Assembly: GCF_009914755.1 (NCBI RefSeq)
Contig: NC_060944.1
From: the human T2T-CHM13v2.0 reference genome, Homo sapiens
DNA: 64,000 nucleotides
Direction: 5' to 3' (one strand)
Below, one piece after another: positions 36,710 through 59,115 of the stretch. Within the stretch, counting starts at the first letter, position 1. The number at the start of each line of letters is the position of its first letter. The notes under the pieces were generated by a model that was not told the origin of the DNA, searched no databases, and was given only the letters and a program-made list of their open reading frames with translations. The position numbers were made by a program, and so were the translations under genes.

Positions 36710-37459
36710 TGATCCACCCGTCTTGGCCTCTCAAAGTGTTGGGATTCAGGCATGAGCCACTGTGCCCGGCCCTCTTTTTCTTTTTTTTTTTTTTAAGATG
36801 GGGTCTTGCTCTCTTGTCCAGGCTGGTATGTAGTGGTACAACCATAGCTTACTGCAGCCTCAAATTCCTGGGCTTAAGGGATCCTCCTGCCTCCGCCTCC
36901 TGAGTAGCTGGGACCTTAGGCATATGCCATCATCCCCAACTAATTTTTAAATTTTTATATTTTTTTTTGTTAGAGACGGGGTCTCGCCATGTTGGCAGCC
37001 TGGTCTTGAACTCCTGTGCTTAAGCAATCCTCCCATCTTAGCCTCCCAAAGTGCTGGGATTACAGGCATGAACCCGGCTCATATGCTACTTTCTAAATGA
37101 GGCTGCCCTGATTTCTCTGTTTAACAGTTGACTCTGCCCTCTGCCTCTCCTCCTGGTGTTTGCAGTCCCCCTTAACCTCTCCATTCCAGAAAGTTTGCTC
37201 CTTGAGGCAGGTAGAAGTCTTTGTTTTTTCTGTTCACTGTGTGTCCCAGGACCTGAAACAATGTCTAGCATGTAGGAAGTATTAAAAAATGTTGGCAAAG
37301 TTGTTGGATACAAATAGTTTTTATCTTTAGTTTGATTTAATAAAATCTAAGTCATTTAATAAGTTAGAGCTTTGTATAGATGTCCTTATCTCCTAAAACT
37401 AAATATAGATGAAGACTTACAATTTTCATACCTAATTTGCCTTAAAAAGTGCTGGTTAA

Positions 37460-37843
<384 letters not shown>

Positions 37844-37931
37844 TGATCATTGCTCAATGGCTCAAGCCATTGGCCCACCTCAGCCTCATGAGTAGGTGGG
37901 ACTAGAGGCACATGCCACCACACCCAGCTGA

Positions 37932-38093
<162 letters not shown>

Positions 38094-38806
38094 TGAGAGC
38101 CCAACATGGAGTGTTACACGTATTGTGATGGACATGCAGATGATCCATGGGAGTAAGGGAAGAAAAATATTAGAATTTGTATTTTCTTATTATTAGAGAA
38201 AAAGATAAATGATTAAGCCTAATCAATATTCAGTGTTTTGTCAAAAAGGTTTGGGGACCACTGTGCTCAATTGCTGTTTTTAGACATTCCACATCTGATG
38301 TCCTTTTTGATGCTTAAGTAAAACTGGAAAAACTGAAAAGACTTCTTTCATGTGTCCTCAAACATACTTATGACCGGGTATTCACTTGACTCAGCCCATT
38401 GAGTGCCTAGACTGAGCTAACAAGCTCGATAAAATGCATTGCCCGACATGCTGAAGACAACCTCTTACTTTCAAGGCTTAAGAGAAGCACAGATTAGAAT
38501 GATGAGGAATGATGAAGATTGTCCACATAAATGGACCTCACATAGACTGAACTCGTGTTAGGCATGTCCTTAGGATTTTTTTGCTGTCTAAAAATTAATT
38601 AAACTGAATTGCTCCTTTTCCAGACAATTTTTTTTTCCGTGCAACATAAGTAAATTGCTAAGTACTGGGCTTTATATTCCTCAATAAAACTGCTTTAAAT
38701 TGTTTTGTGTTAGTAGAGAGATAGCTTTGAAGAAAAAAATTACCAGTCAGTTACTACTCTGAATAATTATCTTGAAGAGCAGTAATTATGTGGCACCTAG
38801 TGTTGA

Positions 38807-39010
<204 letters not shown>

Positions 39011-39444
39011 TAAAATTTACCAGGACCTCTCAAATCATACAAACGTGCTCTCAGAAAATATATTTGTTGGCTTTGTTTGAAAATCACTTGTGATCTAAGT
39101 CAACCGTCTGTGTTAATGTGTCAGAAAGCATTTGAGGCATCATTATCATTCACGTTGAGGGAGCCCCTCAACATTTTGAAAATGCCAAAAGTTTTCATTG
39201 AAAAACTAAGAATTAGAGCAATAGGGAGCACTCAAACAGCGAATTAATAAAACTGTGCAAACCCATAAGGTTGGAAGAAGACAAGTGCTGCTTTTCTGCA
39301 TTATCATCTGTATTATTCTGCATTATCACCACTTTTTAGGACAGCTGGAGAGAATGCATCTTTGGAGTATTTCTATTGGGAAACTGAAACCATACTAAAA
39401 GGTGAGGCTGTATACTTCTAACATGCTGCCATTCGCTATTTTAG

Positions 39445-39627
<183 letters not shown>

Positions 39628-39869
39628 TAATTCTGAAAGCCCATTGTCAGGTTTGGGCTGCTCTGGAGTGACAGCTACTTTGCCAAGGTCATGTGTCATG
39701 GTCAGCAAGACGCTGTTTCAGAGACAGTTTTCCAATCTTAGCTGCTGTTAAATTATTGCTCCTACTTTCAGACCTTAATTAGAGTGGGTGGCCTTAAAAC
39801 TACTCAAAGGGTTTTGAGAATGAAAACTATATTTTTATTTTATTCAGATATTTTTGAAAATGATTTCCA

Positions 39870-40465
<596 letters not shown>

Positions 40466-40528
40466 ATGATTTACATGTTTTTATATTTGATTACCTCCTT
40501 CGGTAATTCAGGCATACCTTGGGAATAA

Positions 40529-40726
<198 letters not shown>

Positions 40727-41157
40727 TAAGGAAAGAGAAATTAGTGATGGAGCCATAGGAATGGGCAAGGCCAACTCAGAGAAGCTTTCAGGTAGCTCTG
40801 GGCTATGGTTTCAGTGACTGGGGAGGGCCTGTGGGCTCCTTGGAGAGGGAAGTAGTGATTAGTAGGAGGGCTCAAGAGTTCACTACAAATAAGTCGTTTC
40901 AGAGTAACTTATTTCTTCCTTAGAGTTGTTAACACTTTTACAGAGACCAGGCCAAGAAAGCAAGCAGCATGGACTATCTGGCCTTCATCAGGGCACTTCC
41001 TTTTGAGAATTGGGGAAAACAGGGTCTGAATGCTGAAACAACTAGGATAAACCTGGCTAAGTGGCCATACTTTGTGACTAACTCCAAGTGCACTCAGCCT
41101 AGAGGTTGTACTGACTCAAAGCCTGAGTCAGTATTGTATTCACAGGCCAGAGTGTGG

Positions 41158-41665
41158 AGCAGTGGTTCTCAACATGTGGTGGTGTCCAGATTTGCAGCCT
41201 TAGGGGCTCCTGGGAACTGATTGGAATTGTATATTTCTAGGCCTTACCCAGACCTCCTGAATCGGAAACCCCGGGAATGCAGCTCTCTAGGAGATTCTAG
41301 GGCACATGAAAGTGTAGGAACCACTGATGAGCACTGGTCTGCAGCTGCCTACGTATTGTTATCACCAGGGGAACTTTAAAAGCTACACTTTCTTTAGGTC
41401 TTGTCCTCAGAGATTCTAATTTAATTAGCATGAGGTGCAGCCTGGGCATCAGCATTTTAAAAGTTTCTCCCGTGATTCTAACATAGAGCCGAGTTTGAGA
41501 ACCATGCAGCATCTTGAGCCTCACTCTAGACCTGAATCAGAACCTGCATTTGAACAATATCCCAGGTGATTTGCATGCACAGAAGTTTGAGAAGCATCAT
41601 AGAGCTGTGGAATGGGCCTGAGAGTCTGCATTTCTAACAACCCCACAGGTGATGCTGCTGGTCCC
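41158..41665. repeat. Cluster of MER5-type hAT MITEs
   Basis: Repeated CAGTGGTTCTC / GAGAACCA ends and CTGCATTT..AACAA..CCCAGGTGA cores. Confidence 0.7.
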
Positions 41666-43487
41666 CAGTGAGTAAAAGGAATAAAAGGTAGAACCAGAAT
41701 CAGTTGGAGTTGTCCTAGAGAGCAGCAGATGAGTTAGGTGATAGAATTAGGGTCCCAAATGATACTGATGTAGCTATCTCAGTAATCCACATTTAATAGT
41801 ATGAATTCCTACCAGGGCCTTCCAGGAGTTCTGACTCGGAATGTCCATAGAAAAGCTTTAGTGTATTTGTGAACATCCCTTAGATTGTATGCTAGTTTGT
41901 GTGAATTTTTTCTGTGAAGAGTTACCATCTGTTGCACACATGTGTTAGTATAGCTCAAGGTGAGCCAACAGTGTGGGATGACTTCCAGCAAAGGCAAGGT
42001 GATTCCAGGCTGTGCTATAGGAGAAGATTATCTTCAGGGAAGACCATATTCTTGGTTTCTTTGGTGCTAGTCACACCTTATCCAAATACATTGTTTTCTG
42101 TTCTGAACATTGCAATTTCAAGGGGCAATAGGAGATGAATTGGAGATGTTTGAAGAAGAGCAGTGGTGGAGAGTCCTGGAAACTGTCATGTGAGGAATGA
42201 TTGAAGTAGCTGGAAAAGATTAAGCTGAAGACACATGGGGGTGTGAGAACTGTATTCAGCAGTTGAGGGACTTCCCTGTGAAGGAATCTGATTTGTTCTG
42301 TATGTGACCAAAGAGTGGAACTAGAACCAAACCAGTGGGTGGAAGCTGCTGGCAAATGAAATTTCACTCAATATCAAGAAGGGCCTTTCTTAACAGAGCT
42401 GTTCAAACACAGAATGGACAGCTTGGGGAGGAAGCTCCCAATGCTGGAGGAGTTCAAGCCTAGTCTGGATGTAACTTGGCAGGTATTTTGCAGAGGGTTT
42501 GGTTGAGTGTTAGTATTAGAGTTGTGTGAATGTCACAGAAAACCCACAATAAGTTTATTTCTCTGGCGGTAGGCAGTCCGGGGCTGGTATGTTGCTTTCG
42601 TCATCATTACGGGCTGAGGCTCCTACTAAGCTGCTCTACCACCATTCATATGCCATCTGTGGCTCAAGACAGTTGCTGGAGCTCTAGCCATTTACAGCAG
42701 CAGGAAGGAGGAAAGGTCAGAGAAGGATTGCTCTTCCTGGAGGAACACACTCCACATATAAAGGACACAGCAATAGTCAGAACGCACATGCCAACAGAGG
42801 CACATGGCCATAGGCAAGGCAGGCTGGAAAATGTCATTGTTCCAGGAAACTAAGGAAGAGGTAGATATTTGGTGCCAAAGAGCTGACAGACGGTTCAGGC
42901 ACTCTGAGATGGCCGGACCAGATGATCTTTCTTGTGTTCTTCAAGATTCTGAGATCTTGTTTTATGAATGACGTTTGGAGGCATAACTTGCGTCAAGCTG
43001 TGCTTTTCTGTCCAAATGCATGAAATGCTGACATTTTGCACAATGTTTTCCTCTAACTTCAGTAAGGGATTAATATTAATACTCATGAGTTGGAAAACAT
43101 AATTCTTGTAAAGTCAAGAATTCAGTATTTTGAGGCAGTAAATTAACCTGAAAAGGATTTCCCACAGGCCTGGGTATTTTCCCATACCAAAGAACTGTGA
43201 GAGGAATTAGAGCTGTTCTTAAGGCTTCTGTTTAATGCTTTAGAAGTAGTTTCTTTGCCAAGTATGAATTTAACATGCTGTTTTTATTTTTTTAATTTAT
43301 TTTATTATTTATTTACTTATTTATTAATTTTTTTTTTGTTTGAGAAACAGTCTTGCTCTGTCGCCCAGGCTGGAGTGCAGTGGTCCGATCTTGGTTCGCT
43401 GCAACCTCTGCCTCCTGGGTTCAAGTGATTCTCCTGCCTCAGCCTCCTGAGTAGCTGGGATTGTGGCTACTAATCTTTGTGTTTTTA

Positions 43488-43613
<126 letters not shown>

Positions 43614-43701
43614 TTATATTTAAATTAATCAGTGGCTCTTTTGGGGACCTGGTTTCTTTTTTTCTTTAAATTATTTTTGTAAATACTGAGGGAGCATCTG
43701 A

Positions 43702-43881
<180 letters not shown>

Positions 43882-45734
43882 TAGACTTTTTTTTTTTTTT
43901 ATGTGGACTCACTGTACTGCCCAGGCTGGTCTCAAACTCCTGGTCTCAGGCAATTTTCCCGCCTCAGCGTCCTAAAGTGCTGGGATTATGAGGCATGAGC
44001 CACTGTACCTGGCCATACTTTTAAAACTTCAATGAAATTATAGTGTTCTTACTTTTTCAATCAATATCCAGACTTCTGGCAACCTCCACCTGCTGGACAT
44101 GGGCATGTAAAAGCCAATTAAAAGGATCTCAACCAAATGGCTATTAAAAGCATGTTATTCACTTTATCCCTTTGCTTCTTGAGGATGACCTATATATTTA
44201 TTTATGTTCTAAGTAACAAGCTGCCTGGTTCACCCTCAGGCTCTGCTCCACCCTGCTTCAAGGCAGTAGGAGATAGAAGAGGAAGTAGGGTGGGTGTTAT
44301 GAGCAGCACTGTGGCCTGAGGACAGGGGCAGCCACACGGTGGTCTGCATCCACCCAGCCATCAGCATGGCTCACTGCATTGCACAGAGACGTGGTTATGT
44401 TTAATGTCTTCCTGAAGAATAGCCAAAGTACTCTAAAATAGCACTGGGCCAGGCATGGTGGCTCATGCTTGTAATCCCAGCACTTTGGCAGGCCGAGGTG
44501 GGCGGATCACCTGAGGTTGGGAGTTCGAGACCAGCCTGACCAACAGGGAGAAACCCCATCTCTCCTAAAAATACAAAACTAGCCGGGCGTGGTGGCACAT
44601 GCCTGTAGCCCCAGCTACTTGGGAGGCTGAGGCAGGAGAATGGCTTGTACGTAGGAGGCGGAGGTTGCGGTGAGCCAAAATCCTGCCATTGCACTCCAGC
44701 TGTGGCAACGAGTGAAACTGTCTCAAAAAAAAAAAAAAAAAAGACAGCATTTTGAGATTTTTTTTTTCCCATGTAGGGACTCATGGCCCTGATACAGCTG
44801 ATTCTAAGTCATTGAGAAAGCATTAAAAGAGGGTGTTAGGCCAGGCACAGTGGCTCATGTCTGTAATCCCAGCACTTTGGGAGGCCAAGGTGGGGTGATT
44901 GCATGAGCTTTGGAATTACAGACCAGCCTGGGCAACATAGCAAGACCCTGTGTCTACAAATGATTTAAAAAAAAAAAAATTAACCTCGTGTGGTGGTGCA
45001 CACCTGTGGTTCCAGCTACTCAGGAGGCTGAGGCGGGAAAATCACATGTGCCCAGGAGTTTGAGGCTGCAGTGAGCTATGATCATGCCACTGCACTCAGC
45101 CTGGGCAACAGAGTTGCCAGTTGGCGGGGCAGGTCAGGGGCCGTCATTAGAAGATACGATTGGAATTATTACTTGGAGAATTAGAGATAATTATTAAATC
45201 ATCTAGGTTAGACTTTAAACCATAATCTTAAATGCTTGAGGGTTTTCTTTTAAAGATGGACTTTTGAAATGAATTCACATTTTAAAAATCTAAGTATGTT
45301 GGCCTTGTCGTTATATTGGAGTTCATGAATTAAGTATTTTTAAAGCAACACAAAACAGTATGTTCTCTGATTAGGTATATGCAAATAATTATGGATATAC
45401 ATGAATGTGAATATATTCATACAAGGGATTGGAAAAGAATGTAGTATTGTTAGAATTGTTATCTACATGTACAGTAATTTCCAAGTTTAAAAAGTAAGTT
45501 GTGAGAGTTGAAAATGCTCATGTTTCAAGTGTTTCTAAGGGTGGATTTTATTAAAGTTCTAATCACAGTGGCTGAGGAAAAGTTTGTAGGACTAAGCAGT
45601 TATGATCCCTGTGGAGTTTTCTCTTGGCAGAATAGTAGTGTTATATTTTCCCTCTAAGCTTTCATTGTGGCCATGATGACAGCAGGGTGGATTGAAGTGA
45701 TCTTTAACTTTACACTGTCACATATTTGTTATAG

Positions 45735-45947
<213 letters not shown>

Positions 45948-48655
45948 TGATGACTATACTCGGAGAGGTGGTGTTATTCCATCTGTTCATCCAAAGGGTT
46001 AGAGAGAAGGAAACTGAGGCCCAGAAAGGTTCAGTATCTTGCTCAGGGTCAGAACTGACATGAAGGAGTTAGAGCCCAGGTGCCCCTGACTCCACCACCC
46101 ATGGTCGTTGTGCCAAAGCCACGGCATGCTGTTCAGCACAAGGCAAACATTCAGCACAGTCCTTCCAGAGTAAGCCTATTGCTCATTGCCCTTAGAGGTG
46201 ATACGTTTGTCTCACTCAGCTAATAACAAGCCTTTTACAACAGAGACCACCATGAGTTGGTGTGGAAGTGGGTGACACTGCTGTGTGTGCAGACATCTGT
46301 TTTCTCTAGTAATAGTTTTTGAGAACAATTTAGTTATCATTTGAGATGAGCGGCTTTGCTTATTGTCCACTTCCTCTGATTATACTTTACTTGCTAGGAG
46401 GCAAACCATTCGGTTTGGCAAGGCCTCTCTAAGGTGGTCCTGGGCTGGGGTTACACAGTCATGTTCTTCCCTCATTGTCACCATCAATGGGAGGGTAGAC
46501 CATAGAGCCAGATGTGGATCCAAGGTGCAGGTTTACACCCCGCACCTGGCCCGAGCAAAGGACTTATTTGCTCTGTGATTCAGTATCCTTATCTGGCAAA
46601 TGGGGATAATAACAGTGCCCACTCTACAGCATTGTTAGGAGGTTTAAATGAGTTGGTTCAGGTTAGTGCCTGGCACACTGGAAGTGTGGGTCTTCTTTCA
46701 TGTTGTCAGCAACAAACGTTCTTGGGTGACCACATAAATTAAACTTTTGTTGAGCTTGGCAGAGGCAAGGTGATTTGAGAGCACATTCCTGTAGCCTTCT
46801 GAGTGAGGCAGATTGCTGCCCTAAAGCCCATCTGATGAGTCATTCATTACCCCCAGAGTACTAAGGGGCTTGTACCCCTATTTCCTGGCAAGGCTTTGGA
46901 AGGCTGCCTTGTTATAAAATATTTTTCATGGACTTAAAATCTGCCTGCTGAAGGCTTCTTGAAGTAGTTTAAGAAGGTATTTTTATGAATTAGTACAAAC
47001 TAATTAATATTTCTAGTAGAATTCAGCCATGAAAGTTTTGTTTGGGGAATGAGGATGCAAAGAATAGGAAAATACAATTTTCAGACATACTGAGTGATGA
47101 ATTTCTATACCTACCATTTAGTCATTGATTGTTAACATTTTGCCATAATTGCTCTGTTGTCTTGTTTGCCACATTTGCTTTATCTGATTTTCATTTATTT
47201 GCCACATTTGATTTATCAACTTTTTTTTTGCCGACCTTTGAAAATAATTTGCAGATATCATGACAGTCCTTAAGCACGTCAGTATGCATCTTCTAAAAAT
47301 AACGATGTTCTCCTACCACGATGTCATTATCAAACTTAAGAAAATAATAATTTCCTAATATCTAGTTCATATTTTTTTCCTAATTTCCCCCCAAATGCCC
47401 TTTGTAGCTGTTTTTACCCCAACTGGCATTGCATTTGATATTACAGCCTTTGTAAAGTGAGAGTCTGGGTTAAAGGTGTGTTTACATTCAGGCAAAGCCT
47501 TTTTGCCAAGCATTGTTCCTGGGCAGTGTGTACTTTATGCTTGTGTCACATCCAGAGGCACTATGTCTGCTGTCCCGTGTTACATGTGCTGAGTTAGATC
47601 GCTTGGTGATGGTGGTAACTGCCCCACTGCCTTTCTACTGTAAGGGAACACTTCCCCCTTTGCCATTAGCAGGCAATCTTTTGAATGAGAGTGTGTAGCA
47701 CAATATGAAACTCTTGTTTGCCAACAGCCTAATGGTTTTTAGCATCCATTGATCTTCATGCAAATCAGTTTATTTCTTTGGGGATTATAAAATGGTCATT
47801 TCCTAATTGTCTTTATCGTTTCTCCAATAAAGGCATCTAAAGAGCAAATGTTTAAGTAAGGAATTTGTGTATCAGTGAGAAAATGATATTTTGGAGCTCT
47901 AGAGGAGCCGCCCTGGGTCTGGTGCTTAGAATGGGGTTAGCAAGGCAAGAAGGGGAGGCATGAATGCTCCTTTGACTTCTTTGCCTTTTTCCTGAGCACA
48001 GCTCTTCACCTTCCAGCAGATAATAAACACCTGCTTCCTTTAGAAAAGGCCACTACAAGGAAGGTGAACCCCCGTGAATCCATCTATCTTATTATCTAGC
48101 TTAGGGAGTACTGACAGAACAGAGTGCACCCTCTCCGCTCTCCACCTTAGAGCTGCTGTGTGATTTCACCTTAAGGGTCTTTCTTAAGAGTCTGACTTGA
48201 TTGATTCTTTGTGGATTTCAGCGTTATATACCATGTAGAGACACCCCCTGACACACCCACCCCCCCACACACACACGTAGTATATGTGTAAACCCGGAAC
48301 GATGGGTCACACCTGTAATCCCAACACTTTGGGAGGCTGAGGCGGGAGGATTGCTTGAACCCAGGAGGTCGAGGCTGCAGTGAGCTGTGATTGTGTCACG
48401 GCACTCCAGCCTGGGCAACAGAGTGAGAGACCATCTCAAAATAAATAAACATAAATAATATATATGTATAGTATATATGATGTAATAAAAATTGGTCAGA
48501 ATGTCAATATAAAAAGCTTAATTTTAAAGTGTAAATGTAAATGTTAAGCCTTCATCTGTTCTCTTTTCAGGAGAAGGTTTTATTTCAACTTAAATGTTCT
48601 CCTAAAAGAAGATACTCTAAGTAGCCTGCCCTACTCAGTCAGTACTTTTCATTAG

Positions 48656-48838
<183 letters not shown>

Positions 48839-49411
48839 TAGTGTCCTGTTTTGTGATTTATCTCAAACCAGTGGTCTCTGGTTACTTTCTTCACAAACCA
48901 ATATTCCTTGGGTATTGTATTAGGCCTGATGATAGTCTGGCATGACCTTTTCTTATTTATTCCTTCAAGGGTTTAGTCGGAGTCAGGCAACAAATTACTT
49001 TTGTCCCTTTATTGTTGAACTGATAAGGTCATTAGAAGTGTAATAGATTTTACCAGTCATCATAATGTTGGTGAATTTTTTAGTGCATCGGTTCTTTCCC
49101 TAATATTTTATTATGAAAAATTCCAAACATACAGAAAAATTGAAAGAATTGTACGGTGAACACGTACTACCTAGGTGAACCCATCAACTTGATTCTGTAA
49201 TTAACATTTTACTCTACTGGCATACCTTGGAAATACTGTGGGTTCAGTTCCAGACTACCACAATAAAGTGAATATTGCAATAAAGCAAGTCACATGAATA
49301 TTTTGGTTTCCTATTGCATATAAAAGTTATGTTTGCACTATAGTATGTTAAGTGTTAAATAGCATTATGTCTTTGAAAACATTGTTCATTCTTGGATTAA
49401 AAAAATACTTT

Positions 49412-50856
<1,445 letters not shown>

Positions 50857-50999
50857 TATTGCTCAAAAATGTTAATGCTCATCTGATCCTTTAGTGAGTC
50901 ATACTCTTTTGCTGGTGGAAGGTCTTACATTGATGTTGTTGGCTGCTGACTGATCAGGTTAGTAGTTGCTGAAGGCTGAGTGGCTGTGGCAGTTTCTTC

Positions 51000-53001
<2,002 letters not shown>

Positions 53002-53386
53002 TGAGGATCCACTTCTAATTCTAGTTATCTTGCTCCTTCCACCACATCTTCAGTGACTTCCTCCACTGAAGTCTCAAACCCCTCAAAATTATCTATAAGA
53101 ACTGGAGTAAACTTCCAAACTCCTGTGAAAGTTGATATTTTGACCTCTTCCCATGAATGATGAGTGTTTCAATGACATGTAGAATGGTGAATCCTTTTCA
53201 GAAGATTCTTCATTTTCTTTGCCCAGATCCATCCCAGGAATCACTAGGTATGGCAGTTATAGTCTTATGAAATGTGTTTCTTAAATTTAAGACTTGAAAG
53301 TCAAAATTTCTCCTTGATTCATGGGATGCAGAACGGATGTTGTGTTAGCAGGCATGAAAACGTTTATCTCCTTTATATCTCCGTCA

Positions 53387-53954
<568 letters not shown>

Positions 53955-55328
53955 CTAACAAGAGAGTCAACCTGCCCTTTGAAGCTTTAAAGCCAGGCAT
54001 TGACTTCTCTCTAGCTATGAGAATCCTAGATAGCATCTTCTTCCAACTACACTGAAAATCTGTGGTTTAGTGTAGCCACCACCTTCATCAGTGATCTTAG
54101 CTAATCTGAATAACTTGCAGCAGTTTCTACATCAGCACATGCTGCTTCACCTTGTGCCATTATGTTATGGAGATGGCTTCTTTCCCTAAACCTCAGGAAC
54201 CAACCTCTGCCAGCTTCCAGCTTTCTCCTGCAGCTTCCTTACCTCTCTCCACCTTCATAAATTGAAGAGAGTTGGGACCTTGCTCTGGATTAGGCCCTGG
54301 CTTAAGGGAATGTTGTATCTGGTTTGATTTTCTATTCAGACTACTAAAACATTCTCCACATCAGCAATAAGGCTGTTTCACTTTCTTATCATTCACGTGT
54401 TCACTTTTAATTTCCTTCAAGAACTTTTTCTTTGCATTCACAGCTTGGCAGTTTTGGGGCAAAAGGCCTAGCTTTCAGCTATCTTGGCTTTCAACATACC
54501 TTCCCTACTAAGATTAATGAGTTTTAGCTTTTGATTTAAAATGAGAGATGTGTGACTCTTCCTTTCACTTGAACACTTAGAGGGCATTGTAGGGTTATTA
54601 ACTGGCCTCATTTCAATATTGTTGTATCTCAGGAAATAGGGGAGGCCCAAGGAGGAGGAGAGAGATGAGGGAAAGGTCAGTCAGTGGAGCAACAGAATAT
54701 ACACAACATTTATCAGTTAAGTTTGCCATCTTATATCGGTGCAGTTTGTAGCACCCCAAAACAATTAAAATGGTAACATCAAAGATCACTGATCACAGAT
54801 CACCATAGCAGATATATAATAATAATGAAAAAGTTGGAAATATTGTGAGAATTACTGAACTGTGACACAGAGACATGAAGTGAGCACATGATGTTAGAAA
54901 ACTTGCGCCAATAGTCTTGCTTGATGTACGATTGCCACAAATCTTCAATTTGTTAAAAAATCTGCAAATAAATGAGGCATGTCTGTGTTTGTTTAATGAT
55001 TAACAATCCGTCACAAACTGGATAATTCATCAGCAATAACTCATCCAGTTTGTGATTCATCAATCCATCTTCGTTTTGCTGCATTTCAAAACAAGCCTCA
55101 GTCATCCATGTATTTCATGCCTAAACACTTCAGTAGGTGTATCATTAACTTAAGTTCAGTATTGAACGTAGTTCTTCAACTTTTTTGGAGATAAGGTTAT
55201 ATGCAGTGAAATGTGCAAATCCTAAGTGTGCCCTTCAAAATGTGTCAAGAACCTTCCTGTCATTGCTGTGTCAGTCATTTTAGAAGAGTACAGTGGGCTC
55301 TGTGACCGTGTTTGAGTTGCGCCTATAA

Positions 55329-55466
<138 letters not shown>

Positions 55467-55923
55467 TAAGCAGCCCCAGTTTCCTTTCTGTTGAGGAACT
55501 GACTGACATTTTTCCCTTGAAGAGATACTTTAACATTTGTTAGTTTGTCTTTTTGATTCCATTGAATGGTTCTCACCAGACCTCATTAGCTTATTTGATC
55601 AGAGGAGGAGGCATTTTTGGCTAACCCAGTTGGGCCTATGAACACTTGCCTAGAGGAATCATCTTTCTGTAGGAAATATAGTTCATTAAAAGTATTAATT
55701 ATTATTATTATCATCTGGAGACAGTCTCGCTCTGTTGCCCAAGCTGGAGTACAGTGGCACAATCACAGCTCACCACAGCCTCAACCTCCCATGCTCAAGT
55801 GATCCTCCCACTTCAGCCTCCCAGGTAGCTGGGACCACAGGCACCTGCCACCAAAACTAGCTAATCTTTTTACTTTTATGCAGAGAGATGGTGATCTCAC
55901 ATTGTTGCCCAGGCTGGTCTTGA

Positions 55924-56256
<333 letters not shown>

Positions 56257-59019
56257 TAGGTTCAGTCTTGGTTTCTGCTTTACTTTCGAGAAGAAAATTG
56301 TCACTTAATTATTATTATATAGTGAATCAGCAAGAATTTATCAGTTGCCTACCTTATGCTGCACGCTGGACATTCTGTTAAAGACGTGTTAAATGTGCAT
56401 TTTCCCCTCAGAGATTTACATTATAGTTGGGAAGAAACAACACGCATGGAGCATTTGGAGAGTGATACAAATCTGTGTGGGTTGAGTTGACTTAGATGAG
56501 TCATTTTGTGAATGCTCTGGCCTTGTATTTTTCTTCTAAATCTGGAAAGTGGTTTTGGAAATAGGGATCCAGCCTGGTAAGTTTAGGGAGATGCCTTTTA
56601 TCAGTCTGGATTTAATGAGATGAGAGAAGTCACACTGTAATTTAAATGGGGAAAGTCTTTTATAAAGAATACAACAAGAGAGTAGAACAGTGAGGGACTG
56701 GCTAGAAGGAAGTATAGAGAAGTGGGCAGCCACTACTTGTGGGGCTGAGATAGAGCACCAAAGGAAGTGCCCTTCTCCCCAGGGCTGATCCAGACCTAGT
56801 TGGGAGGGCATGGCCATGGCTTGGTGAGTCTTTTGCAGAGAAGTTACCATGGTGCTGTGCCAGGGGAACTTACTAGAAATTCACTTTCTAGAATTTGAAG
56901 AAAATCCACCCTCCAGGGTGCCAGGGAAAGCTGTGTATAGGAAAATGTCTCACTGGAGACATGCAGGGATGCTGCTTAGCTGCTGGCTGCCATGTTCTCC
57001 AGGAGCTCAGCACTGGGGAGCCACGGTGCAGCAGGACCTGGCACCCGGGAAGCTGCTGAATGAGCACTCGGGCGCCCAAAGCTGACGCTCACCTCCAGCA
57101 CTCTCTACTGACAACGCTTGATATCGTGCCAGCTGGCAAAGGAGAGGTAGTGAAAGGGCCCATGTCCATTTCACAGCAGGCAAAGGGGGTGAGTTTGGAG
57201 CCAGCACAAGGCAATAAATCAATAATTGGCACATGATAATCTTACCTTCCTGGAGAGTCACAGCATGTGTTTGTGATCAAAGCCACCACGGAAAGGCCCA
57301 GTAGGGAAACCTGTTTCATTTTGTTCAGCCCTCTATTTGCCCTTGCCATCTCATGGAACCATTTTTCAGGAAGTGTCAACATTTCAAACATAATTTGAAA
57401 ATTGCTTCTTTAGGATTTCAGAGGGAGGATAGATAAGCAGAGGGCCCAGGTGGCTAACAAAGACTTCCTGTGGAAATGAGCCTTGAGTCAGGTTTTTATT
57501 ACAGAATTAATTGGAGAAGGGAAGGCAAGGCTTGCTGAGTGGAGGGCTAGCAGGAATGAGCCTGCAGGAGCTAGCTGGGTCTTTTAGCTTATGCTGAGGA
57601 CTTTGGAGAAACCAGTGTCACAGGAGGCTAGGTTGTGCAGTGGGGGAACAGAGTCAGGGAAGGTACACCTTGATTGGGGAGCTCCTTAACTTTAGGGAGC
57701 AAGGGAGACGTGGCTGTGATTGTTAAGCGGGGGTTTGATGTCAGCATGATGCTTGTGTTTACATTTAATATCACCATGTGAGGCACATTGCAGAGAGAAA
57801 AGGCTATTGTTGTGAATGGAGGATTTTTCAGGCTCAATGGCACTGAGACCAGCATAGTGGCAGGAGAGATGGAGGAAGCAGAAGGTTTGAAATCAGGATG
57901 TAAACTGAAAGAATTGATAAAACTTGATGAAATGATTCTGTGTAAAGTCAAAAACCAAAAAGTCAGCACTGAATGACATTTCACACATGGGTAACTGCAT
58001 GAGTGGTGTTGAGGTAGAAGATGGGAAAGGAGAGCAACTTTAGGGTGGGAGAAAGTTTTTTCTCTTTTTTTAATGTAATAGTTTATTTTTGATAATTTTT
58101 GATAATTGAATGTGAACTTGCAAAAGTGTGTCTCACGAAAACTCCCATATTTGGGTGGATGTCCTGACTGGGGCTCAGGCTATAGGTCAGCACTGGACAC
58201 TGGAGGGTGGATTTGGATGACACCCATCTGGCTCTAGTGTTCATTTGTACCCAAAGCAGTGAGGATGGGAGGAGGGGGCCAAGAACTAACCCCCAAGGAG
58301 TCCACAGTTAGGGGGAGGAGGAAGACAAAACCATTGAAGAAGGCAGAAAAGGGTTGGTTGGAGAGATTATGAGAAATAGGAAAGTGATGTATTAGCAGCT
58401 GAAGGAGAAAGTTTCGAGACATTTGGGCAGTCACCTGGCTCATGCTGCTAGGAAGTTCAAGAAGACGAGAACTGTGGAAGGACACCAGATTTTGTGGGAA
58501 GAAAGTAATTGTTAGAAATGGGGTTTCTTTAAATGATGAACAGTCCAATTCTTTAGTGACCAGAAATGTGTGAGCAGAAATAAAGGCGGGAAGAGAAAAC
58601 ATTGTGGTTCAGAAGTCTGCCATTGGGAGAAATAAATTTGAGTTTTAGTGTGAGAGAACATCAAAGCGTAACTATAATTGTTAGTTTTCATGGTGTTAGA
58701 GGGTTTTCATATGGAACAGGTGCCTGGAAGAGCTCACCTAGCTTCTCTGGTTAGGGCAGTCCTCAGGCCAGCATTGCCTGAGAGCTGATTAGAGATGCAG
58801 AATCTTCAGCTCCTCCCTAGAGTCTGCATTTTAACAAGATCCCCTGGTCATTTGCCTGCTCACTGATGCTTGAGAAGTGCTAGTCTAGGACTTATAGTAA
58901 GTGGCAGAGTTCAGACTGGATGTAGCTTAGTCCAGGAATATTTCCAGGTAATGCTAACTTAGATTTTTCTCTCTCTTTTTGTGTGTGTTTGTTTGTTTTT
59001 TGGTATTTTCTTTCCATAG

Positions 59020-59115
<96 letters not shown>
